Positions 1-11,471 of a stretch of DNA of 64,000 bases are shown piece by piece (the first letter of the stretch is position 1; each line of letters begins with the position of its first letter). The stretch is from Macrostomum lignano. Lineage: Eukaryota. The stretch is taken from NCBI GenBank assembly GCA_002269645.1, contig NIVC01003957.1:3546-67545 (forward strand), written 5' to 3'. The translations under genes and the position numbers were made by a program. The notes under the pieces were generated by a model. That model did no database searches and was not told the origin of the DNA. It was given only the letters and a program-made list of their open reading frames with translations.

Positions 1-1525
1 CCGGCACGTGAAGTCGGCCGCACCAGAAATGTCTCCAGCGTCCGTCACTCGCGAAGTCTCGCGCCAGCACCGAGTCGCCGACATTAATGCGACAGTCGTG
101 CGCGTGGGCGTCGTGCTGCTCCTGCAGTGCCTGCTGTACGGCCACCCGGCGGGCAGGTCAGGGCGGACTCGGTCGAGCAACGATTTCAGCCTTCGCCCCA
201 TCAGCAACTCGCAGGAAGCCCTCCGGTAGTCGCATGCGGCGTGACTCGGTACGTCAGGAGGAACCGGGAGACTCGCTTCTCCAAAGAGCCGCTTCGCTGC
301 TTGGCCAGCTCACGCTTCAGAGTCTGAACTGCTCGCTCTGCCTGGCTGTTGGACGCCGGGTGGTACGGAGCCGTGCGCACGTGCCGGATGCCGTTCTTGC
401 TCAGGAATGTCTCCATCTCCGCGCTGACCAGGTTCGGACCAAGCTGGACCGCAGCTTCTCGATAGTCGCAGTCGACAACGTCGAAGGCATCACATACACG
501 TCCATCCATTTGGAGTGGGCGTCAACGACAACGAGCAACATCCGGCCTTGGACCCGCCCGGCGTAGTCAATGTGCAGGCGCGACCAGGGCTTGTCCGGCC
601 ACGCCCACGGCTGCAGTGGAAACGGACCCGCCGACTTCTGCATCTCCTGGCACTCGGTGCACGCGGTGACCAGCCGCTCGATCGCCTCGTCCAGCTTGGG
701 ATACCAGAAAACGCTTCTAGCCAGCGCCTTCATTCTCGTGGCGCCCTGGTGCCCCTGGTGCAGGCAGTGCAGCAGCGCCTCCCGACCGGCCTCGGGAACT
801 ACGACTCGGCAGCCCCAGAGCAGACAGCCGTCTTGGGTGCTCAGCTGGTCGGCTCGCGTGCAGTACGGCTGCAGCTCAGGTGGCGGCCGCTCCGGCCAGC
901 AGCCGGTCTCGGTGAAGCGCAGAACTCGGGACAAGTCCGGGTCTGTCCGAGTCCAGGCCCGGATGGGCCGAGCTGTCACCGGTCCCTCGTCCAGGAAGTC
1001 CATGAGTAGGATGACTTCAGCTGGAGTTAGCGCTTCCTTCGGCTTCTCCGGCAGCGGCAGCCGACTCAGCGCATCGGCTCGGAGCAGCGACTTGCCCGCT
1101 CGGTGGACCATGGAGTACTGGTAGCCGGCCAGGAGCAGCGCCCACCGCTGGATTCTGCCAGAAGCCAGTGCTGGTATCGGCTTGGACTGGTGCAGCAGCC
1201 CGAGCAGCGGCTTGTGGTCGCTCACCAGCGTCAGCGTGAAGTCTCGGCCGTACAGGTACATGTGGAATTTCTTATCTCCGTAGATGATCGCGAGCGCCTC
1301 CTTCTCGAGCTGTGAGTATCGGGTCTGTCGACTCCGTTGATCCGTCGGCTGATGACGGCGCCGATGCCGTAAAGCGAGGCGTCGCACTCGAGCACCAGCG
1401 GCTTCTGACGGTCGAAATGCCCGAGCACCGGTGCCGGCTGAGTAGCGACTTGCACCTGCGAAAAGCTTCGTCCTGCACAGCGTCCCATCGCCAGGGGGCG
1501 CCCTTGTTCAGCAGCAGCAGCCCTT
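1..1525 (-). mobile_element. Decayed Ty3/gypsy (Mag-like) pol fragment: RT end/RNase H, integrase HHCC and core; frameshifted and internally deleted
   Basis: ORF pieces 1231-1560, 401-1387 and 201-509 give LVLECDASLYGIG (RNase H), YSQLEKEALAII, RWALLLAGYQY, HQGHQG...CTEC (HHCC), RLHIDYAG and PYHPASNSQAERAVQTLK. The IAFASRTL segment is missing near 1320. No LTR or gag in the window. Confidence 0.9.
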
Positions 1526-2319
1526 CGCCACGCTCCCTCTCTTATCTCCCTTCTCCCCACTCTCGCTTTTCATCTCCCTTCTCCCTGGCAGTCTGCGTTC
1601 TCTAAAAATTGCGATGGAGACGCGCTCAGCATGACAGCATCGCAGAACCATTAGCACTGCGGCTTTGCAACCTTAGAGAACATTTCCACTCTAATCCCCT
1701 ATTCGCCCTCTGTTGTCCATTTTCTGCTTTGCATTGAGTGAAAGAGCTGGATTTCGGATGCAGGGGCAGGGAGTTTGCAGTGCTTGAATGCCGTAGTCTA
1801 GCTGGGAGAATCAGCTGGGTTAGATAGGCGAAAGCCGACGGTGCACTCTGCACTTTGCCTGTGTATTGCACTGCAGTTCGAGCCCCAGCTGGACTGGCTG
1901 TGGCTGCCTGGGGGAGGGGAAAGGAGGTGCTGCCGTTGCCGCAAGACTGTACCGGCTTTGCAGTTGCGCACACCGGGAATGCCTGGGGCTGGATGCCTAT
2001 GCAGATCTGCAAGGAGGGCCGGCAGGGGATAGCAGGGGAGAGCTAGGGAACCGCTAGCCATCCCCTCAGCCCCATGGCTCCCAGCCTTCGTGTCACGGTG
2101 GATCTTTGCTGCAAAACGAAGGAGAAAGTTTTCAGTGTCCCCAGCAACCGCCCCAACCCTTCGGTCCATATTGCCTTGGTCCGACCAAGCAGCCCCCGGC
2201 CTCGTAGTTCAAAGTAGCCGATAGACTTTGTGAAGCAATTCTCTTATACTCTTAAGGAGGAATTCGATTCCCGATTTCCCGACGACAGCAGCAGAGCACT
2301 GCTTGATCTGCCAGGAAAC

Positions 2320-5300
2320 ATGCAGCAATTCGGGCAGCTGTTGCTGCTGCTGCTAGTGGTAGTTGGCTGCTGCTGCGGTACAGGTAAGAAGCTGCACTAG
2401 TACTTCATGACATTACATAATTTCACTCAATACACAGCAACTCATTCACTTTCATCAGGAAGTTTACTACGAGTCCTTACCCAACTCCAGAAACCTCTGC
2501 CTTACTCCGGATTGTCATGCCACACTCTCCACCCCACTCTTACCCCATTCCTTATCTTCTCTAGCCCTGTCTGAAGCCTCTCCTCACTTCACACCTCGCC
2601 TCTCCACCCCACTCTTACACTATTCCTTATCTTCTCTAGCCCTGCCTGAAGCCTCTCCTTACTTCACACCTCGCCTCTCCAACCCACTCTTACACTATTC
2701 CTTATCTTCTCTAGCCCTGCCTGAAGCCTCTCCTCACTTCACACCTCGCCTCTCCACCCCACTCTTACCCCATTCCTTATCTTCTCTAGCCCTGTCTGAA
2801 GCCTCTCCTTACTTCACACCTCGCCTCTCCAACCCACTCTTACACTATTCCTTATCTTCTCTAGCCCTGCCTGAAGCATCTCCTCACTTCACACCTCGCC
2901 TCTCCACCCCACTCTTACACTATTCCTTATCTTCTCTAGCCCTGCCTGAAGCATCTCCTCACTTTACACCTCGCCTCTCCACCCCACTCTTACACTATTC
3001 CTTATCTTCTCTAGCCCTGCCTGAAGCCCAATTCACACTTCGTCCTCAATCTATCCATAATTATTTATCTCCACCTTCATTACGAAGCGCACGGTATCTA
3101 TGGGAAACTAAGATTTCAATATCGACTTCCGCAGCCAGTGCCAAGTGCTCCTACAACGGCATCCAGTACGATGAGGGCGACGCCATTGACACGGGCAAAC
3201 CGTGCCAGGACTGCTTCTGCAGGGGAGGCGCGGTAGCCTGCAGCAATCGCAGGTGCAGCCCAGTAAGAGACTGCAACAGACTGGAGACCCTGCCGGGCGA
3301 ATGCTGCCCAGTCTGCGTGGGTGAGTGCGGCTGCTTTTGTTGCAACGAAAACATTTCCTGAGTAGAAGAGAAAAAGAGTTTCAGTAGCCCAAGCTGGGAT
3401 TCTGCTTTTATCTTCCTTCATTTAATGCAGTGCAATACATTTATTGGGTGAGATTCAGCATCAATGGGTGAGATTCAACATCTGCGGGTGAGATTCAGCA
3501 TCAATGGGTGAGATTCGGCATCTGCGGGTGAGATTCGGCATCAATGGGTGAGATTCAGCATCAATGGGTGAGATTCGGCATCAATGGGTGAGATTCAGCA
3601 TCAATGGGAGGGATTCTGCATCAATGGGTGAGATTCAGCATCAATGGGGGAGATTCAACATCTGCGGGTAAGATTCGGCATCAATGGGTGAGATTCGGCA
3701 TCAATGGGTGAGATTCGGCATCTGCGGGTGAGATTCGGCATCAATGGGTGAGATTCAGCATCAATGGGTGAGATTCGGCATCAATGGGTGAGATTCAGCA
3801 TCAATGGGAGGGATTCTGCATCAATGGGTGAGATTCAGCATCAATGGGGGAGATTCAACATCTGCGGGTAAGATTCGGCATCAATGGGTGAGATTCGGCA
3901 TCAATGGGTGAAATTCGGCATCAATGGGTGAGATTCAGAATCAATGGGTGAGATTCAGCATCAATGGGAGGGATTCTGCATCAATGGGTGAGATTCGGCA
4001 TCAATGGGTGAGATTCGGCATCAATGGGTGAGATTCAGAATCAATGGGTGAGATTCAGCATCAATGGGAGGGATTCTGCATCAATGGGTGAGATTCGGCA
4101 TCAATGGGTGAGATTCGGCATCAATAGGAGGGATTCTGCATCAATGGGTGAGATTCGGCATCAATGGGTGAGATTCGGCATCAATGGGTGAGATTCGGCA
4201 TCAATGGGAGGGATTCTGCATCAATGGGTGAGATTCAGCATCAATGGGTGAGATTGGCATCAATGGGTGAGATTCGGCATCAATGGGTGAGATTCAGCAT
4301 CAATGGGTGAGATTCGGCATCAATGGGTGAGATTCAGAATCAATGGGTGAGATTCAGAATCAATGGATGAGATTCAGTCTCAATTGCTAGTGCGCCACAT
4401 TCGTAAACGTGAATCTCTAAATTTCAGACCGACCGTCACCACCAGTGGAGTTCACCACACCTAAGCGAATTGTGAGCAATTTCTGTTGCACGAGCTGCAG
4501 TCCGACTTACAGACTTTCTCTTTTTTATGCCTAGCATGCAAATTCTGATCCCTACTTTGCATTCCTTTGCACTTTTAGACTACAACACCAACGACAACTA
4601 CTACTACTACGACTACCACAACACCAACTACTACTACTACGACTACCACCACACCAACAACTACTACTACGACTACCACACCTACTACAACCACTACTAC
4701 ACCGACGACTACAACAACAACTACTCCGAGAACTAGGCCAACAAGAGCTCCTCAGGTAGGGTGCCGACGTTTCAGATAATTTTTTCTCAGCCAATCAACG
4801 TTCTTGATTATCACTATTCTGAAATTCTCAATATTAATAAATTACCAATGTACATTCATCGTCAACTAATGTACATTCACCCTCAACGACTGTACATTCA
4901 TGCTCAACCAATGTACATTAATCCTCAACCAATATACAATTATCCTCAACCAATGTACATTAATCCTCAACCAGTGTACAATAATCCTCAACCAATGTAC
5001 ATTCACCCTCAACAAATGTACATTCACCCTCAACCAATGTACATTCATCCTCAACCAATGTACAATTATCCTCAACCAATGTACATTCATCCTCAACCAA
5101 TGTACATTCATCCTCAACCAATGTACATTCATCCTCAACCAATGTACATTCATCCTCAACCAATGTACATTCATCCTCAACCAATGTACATTCATCCTCA
5201 ACCAATGTACATTCATGCTCAACCAATGTACATTCATCCTCAACCAATGTACATTCATCCTCAACCAATGTACATTCACCCTCACCAATGTACATTCATC

Positions 5301-8300
5301 CTCAACCAATGTACATTCATCCTCAACCAATGCACATTCATTCTCAACCAATGTACATTCACCCTCAACCAATTTCGCAGCCCAGCGGAGCCAAAGGCCC
5401 CCTAATGCGGTCCCGCTCTATGGCCTCCTTGCGGGCCCTGAGCGCCCCGCCCGGCCAGGCCGGACCCAAGGGCGCGACCGGACCGGAAGGCCCGGCTGGA
5501 GTCGCCGGCGAGCCGGGCATCCCCGGCTACCCCGGCCTGCACGGCATCGACGGGGTGATCGGGCCGCAGGGCGACCGGGGACCGCGAGGCCCCCCCGGGG
5601 ACCGGGGACCGGCCGGGTCGCCAGGACCAGTCGGCTACCCGGGCCAGCCGGGCATCGTCGGCGCCAACGGCTTGCCTGGTGGCGCCGGTGACAAAGGCGC
5701 CAACGGGACACAGGGCGGCGCGGGGGCCGATGGTGACAAAGGCGACCCGGGCACGCCGGGCACGAACGGCCGGCCGGGATCGTCCGGACAGCCCGGCGAC
5801 CAGGGACCGGACGGAGTGACCGGACCGCCCGGCGATGATGGACGGCGCGGATCGCAGGGCCCGCCTGGCGCCGCCGGCGCCCCTGGACCGGCGGGACCGC
5901 CAGGCCCTGTCGGCCAGGCGGGTGGCTTGGGAATGAAGGGTGCCAACGGCGCCAAAGGACAGCGCGGCGGGCCCGGCGTCAAAGGCGGCCCCGGGCCGAA
6001 GGGCCCAGTTGGCAAGGCCGGGAAGAAGGGCGACGCCGGACCAGCCGGTATCGACGGGCTCCCCGGCGCCCCCGGCGACAAAGGAGAGGCGGGCGACGTC
6101 GGCGCGGCCGGCGCCACCGGGCAGCAGGGCGGCGCCGGCGCCAAGGGATCGAAGGGTTCGCCTGGAGAGCGCGGCGCGCCAGGTAGAGATTTCTGATTCG
6201 GAATTCGCCGGTTCCTCAGTGCTCGACTCCCGAAGGTTGCCTCGCTTGGCCGCTGTCTTCTTTTTCTTTCCTGTTGCTTTTCTCCCCGCTTCATCTTCTA
6301 TCATGAATCTATTGTCTTCTATCCTACTTCATGATAGAATAGGGAATGAAACGGGTATAGAATGGGATAGAATGGGGATAGATTGGGGATAGAATGGGAT
6401 GGAATGGGGATAGAATGGGGAAGATAATGGGAGGAGAATGGAAATAGAATGGGTGGAGAATAGGGAGAGAAGGGGGGAGAAAATGGGGGATTGAATGGGG
6501 GATAGAATGGGGATAGAATGGGGATAGAATGGGATGGAATGGGGATAGAATGTGGGATAGATTGGGGATAGAATGGGATGCAATGGGGATAGAATGGGGA
6601 TAGAATGGGGATAGAATTGGGATAGAATGGGGATAGAATGGGATGGAATGGGAATAGAATGGGGAAGATAATGGGGGGAGAATGGAAATAGAATGGGTGG
6701 AGAATAGGGAGAGAAGGGGGAGAAAATGGGGATAGAATAGGGATAGAATGGGATAGAATGAGATAGAATGGGATACTATGGGGATAGAATGGGGATAAAA
6801 TAGGGAGATAATGGGGATAGAATGGGGATAGAATGGGGATAGAATGGGGATAGAATGGGAATAGAATGGGGATAGAATGGGGATAGAATGGGGATAGAAT
6901 GGGGATAGAATGGGGATAGAATGGGGATAGAATGGGGATAGAATGGGGATAGAATGGGGATAGAATGGGGATAGAATGGGGATAGAATGGGGATAGAATG
7001 GGGATAGAATGGGGATAGAATGGGGATAGAATGGGATGGAATGGGGATAGAATGTGGGATAGATTGGGGATAGAATGGGATGCAATGGGGATAGAATGGG
7101 GATAGAATGGGGATAGAATTGGGATAGAATGGGGATAGAATGGGATGGAATGGGAATAGAATGGGGAAGATAATGGGGGGAGAATGGAAATAGAATGGGT
7201 GGAGAATAGGGAGAGAAGGGGGAGAAAATGGGGATAGAATAGGGATAGAATGGGATAGAATGAGATAGAATGGGATACTATGGGGATAGAATGGGGATAA
7301 AATAGGGAGATAATGGGGATAGAATGGGGATAGAATGGGGATAGAATGGGGATAGAATGGGAATAGAATGGGATAGAATGGGGATAGAATGGGGATAGAA
7401 TGGGGATAGAATGGGGATAGAATGGGGATAGAATGGGGATAGAATGGGGATAGAATGGGGATAGAATGGGGATAGAATGGGAATAGAATGGGGATAGAAT
7501 GGGGATAGAATGGGGATAGAATGGGGATAGAATGGGGATAGAATGGGGATAGAATGGGGATAGAATGGGGATAGAATGGGGATAGAATGGGGATAGAATG
7601 GGGATAGAATGGGGATAGAATGGGGATAGAATTGGGATAGAATGGGGATAGAATGGGGATAGAATAAGATAGAATAAGATAGAATGGGGATAGAATGGGG
7701 ATAGAATGGGGATAGAATGGGGATAGAATGGGGATAGAATGGGGATAGAATGGGGATAGAATGGGGATAGAATGGGGATAGAATAAGATAGAATAAGATA
7801 GAATGGGGATAGAATGGGGATAGAATGGGGATAGAATGTAGTTTGAATCTATCTTCAATCTATCCTCATTCTGATTTAGAAATCCTCATTTTATCTGTAT
7901 TCAATAACTGTTCCATCCCCCCCACCTCAGGCACGGCAGGGCAGCTGGGCAAGCCCGGCCTGGCCGCTCAGCCCGGCGCTCCTGGCCTGGACGGCGCCGC
8001 CGGAGGCGCGGGCGAAAACGGCGACCCCGGCGACCCCGGCGAGTCCGGCCGGCCGGGCAAGCCAGGCCTGACCGGCGCCCGAGGCGCGCCCGGACCCGAA
8101 GGCCCGACCGGACTGGACGGGGACAGCGGAAGCAGGGGAACAAAAGGCGAACAGGGAAAGCCGGGGCAGAAGGGCGAACGAGGCGAGGCGGGACTCGATG
8201 GTTCGGACGGAGATCCCGGACTGATGGGAGCCGCCGGACAGGCCGGGCTGAAGGTGCGCCCGAACTCGTGTGTTGAGGAGCTGTCAGGTGGACATGTCAT

Positions 8301-11080
8301 GTGTTATTAGTCAGACATGTCAGGTGTTATTAGTCAGATATGTCAGGTGTTATTAGTCAGATATGTCAGGTGTTATTATTCAGATATGTCAGGTGTTATT
8401 AGTCAGACATGTCAGGTGTTATTAGTCAGACATGTCAGGTGTTATTAGTCAGACATGTCAGGTGTTATTGGTCAGACATGTCAGGTGTTATTAGTCAGAC
8501 ATGTCATGTGTTATAAGTCAGACATTTCAGGTGTTATTGGTCAGACATGTCAGGTGTTATTGGTCAGACATGTCAGGTGTTATTAGTCAGACATGTCAGG
8601 TGTTATTAGTCAGACATGTCAGGTGTTATTGGTCAGACATGTCAGGTGTTATTAGTCAGACATGTCAGGTGTTATTGGTCAGACATTATTAGTCCGGCTT
8701 CCTCCACAATTCCAGGGCGAGACCGGCAAAGGGGGGCAAGTCGGACAGAAGGGCGAGCGCGGCCTGCCCGGACCACCCGGACAGAACGGCGCCAAAGGCT
8801 TGGCCGGAGCGCCCGGGAGCCCCGGCATGCGGGGGATCATTGGAGTGACCGGATTTGTCGGATTTAAGGTGAGGCGCCTGTGCTGAGGAAAATCTATGCT
8901 TATCGTTTTTTAATTTGGGCTTTATTAAATCCCATTCTAGTCCCGCCCAAATCCCACTCGAATTCCAATCGAATCGTACTAAAATCCCACTTAAATCCCA
9001 TTTAAATCCCACTCTAATCCCACTCTAATCCCACTCAAATCCCACTCAAATCCCACTCAAATCCCACTTAAAATCCCTCTCGAATCCTACTCAAATACCA
9101 CTTAAATCCTACTCAAATCCCACTCGAATCCCATCGAGTCCCACTCGAATCCCACTCGAGTCCCATTCGAATCCCACTCGAATCCCACTCAAATCCCATT
9201 CGAATCCCACTCGAATCCCACTTTAATCCCGTTCGAATCCCACTCAAATCCCACTTAAATCCCGTTCGAATCCCATTCGAGTCCCATTCGAATCCCACTC
9301 GAATCCCACTCAAATCTCATTCGTATCCCAACCCACGCTCAAAGACCTCAATCTGCTCTCCAGGGCCAAATGGGCGCCATGGGGCCAACCGGCGCCCCGG
9401 GAGACGCCGGCGCCAAAGGCGCCACCGGAGCCGTCGGACCGCCCGGCGTGCCGGGCCTCAACGGGACCGCCGGAATCGACGGCGCCGACGGTTCGCGCGG
9501 CCCAGCCGGTCCGGCCGGTCCGAAAGGCGGCGTCGGCGCTCCAGGAGCGCGCGGCGCCGCTGGACCGCCTGGGGCGCCGGGGCCGGCCGGCGCGCTGGGG
9601 CCGAAAGGCGGCCAGGGCGCCAACGGTAGCCCAGGACCCGACGGGCCGCGTGGCGACATCGGCGATCCCGGAGTGGTGGGCGACGCGGGCGGCCCCGGAC
9701 AGAAGGGCGAAAATGGAAGCGCGGGTGGCCAGGGACTCACGGGGCCGCCCGCTGCCAGGGGGCCATTGGGAAGCCAGGTGAGTCTCGATAGCAACTGGGT
9801 GGTAACAAATTGTAATATATGGACGCCAAATATTTTTATCCCCTTTTGTATTTATGTAGACAGATCTGTTTAAGTATCATTTGAATCTGCAAGATCATCA
9901 ATGAAATTTATCTATCTAATGTGTCAATAGGTCAGTCAGGTTTTAAATTGATCAATCAAATCCATTTATCAAGCAATCATTCAATCAAATTTATCAATTG
10001 ATCAATCATTCAATCAAATTTATCAATTGATCAATCAATCATTCAATCAAATTTATCAATTGATCAATCATTCAATCAAATTTATCAATTGATCAATCAT
10101 TCAATCAAATTTATCAATTGATCAATCATTCAATCAAATTTATCAATTGATCAATCAATCATTCAATCAAATTTATCAATTGATCAATCAATCATTCAAT
10201 CAAATTTATCAATTGATCAATCAATCATTCAATCAAATTTATCAATTGATCAATCAATCATTCAATCAAATTTATCAATTGATCAATCATTCAATCAAAT
10301 TTATCAATTGATCAATCAATCATTCAATCAAATTTATCAATTGATCAATCATTCAATCAAATTTATCAATTGATCAATCAATCATTCAATCAAATTTATC
10401 AATTGATCAATCAATCATTCAATCAAATTTATCAATTGATCAATCATTCAATCAAATTTATCAATTGATCAATCATTCAATCAAATTTATCAATTGATCA
10501 ATCATTCAATCAAATTTATCAATGGATCAATCAACTTTATCAATCGATCAATTAACTTTATCAATCGATCAATCAACGTTATCAATCCATCAATGAACGT
10601 TATCAATCGATCAATCAAATTTATCAATCGATCAATCAACGATAAAAAAATTAATCAACTTGATCAATCAAATCAATCAACCAACGAAACCTCCTAAAGG
10701 GTCTGCAAGGCGAAGCCGGCTCGAACGGCACAGGGGGCAGCAAAGGCGAACGCGGCGAGCGAGGCGACAAAGGCGATCGGGGCGAGTCGGGCAAAAAAGG
10801 ATCGTCCGTAAGTCGCCTTGTTGCTAGGCGGGCATTTTTTGGCATCGTACAATAAAAGAGGATTCTGTTCCCTCCCCCCACCAAAATCCCTGTCTGGCGC
10901 AGGGCGAGACGGGCGAGCCGGGCAAGCTGATCCGCTACGCTGCGCAGGGCCGCTCGCTGGGCGCCATTCTGTTCCCGGGCGACAAGGGACGGCCGGGAGA
11001 GAAGGGCCGGGCCGGACACAACGGCACTGACGGAGAGGCTGGCGACAGGGGCGTTCATGGGCCTACTGGAATGGCTGTGA

Positions 11081-11160
<80 letters not shown>

Positions 11161-11163
11161 TAG

Positions 11164-11196
<33 letters not shown>

Positions 11197-11232
11197 TAGT
11201 GTCTGTCTGTCTGTCAGTCTGTCTGTCTGTCA

Positions 11233-11276
<44 letters not shown>

Positions 11277-11324
11277 TAGTGTCTGTCTGTCTGTCAGTCT
11301 GTCAGTCTGTCAGTCTGTCAGTCA

Positions 11325-11376
<52 letters not shown>

Positions 11377-11419
11377 TAGTGTCTGTCTGTCTTAGTGTCT
11401 TAGTGTCTTATTGTCTTAG

Positions 11420-11471
<52 letters not shown>

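Noticed and set aside
4527-4736. Tyr/Asn/His-rich ORF (YYYYDYH...)
   Set aside because: Wrong frame of the Thr-rich collagen exon; splice phases select the Thr frame.
4761-5691. Long QPMYIHP / ILNQCTF repeat ORFs, one in frame with collagen exon 5
   Set aside because: Stop-free frames of a 21-bp minisatellite; read-through from exon 4 hits TAA within 8 codons.
6324-7858. [11 protein letters not shown] repeat ORFs of 253-360 aa
   Set aside because: Translation of the 11-bp intronic satellite.
10930-10977. Compensating-frameshift explanation for the helix break
   Set aside because: Neither alternative frame gives Gly-X-Y; many indels would be needed. It still needs read confirmation.
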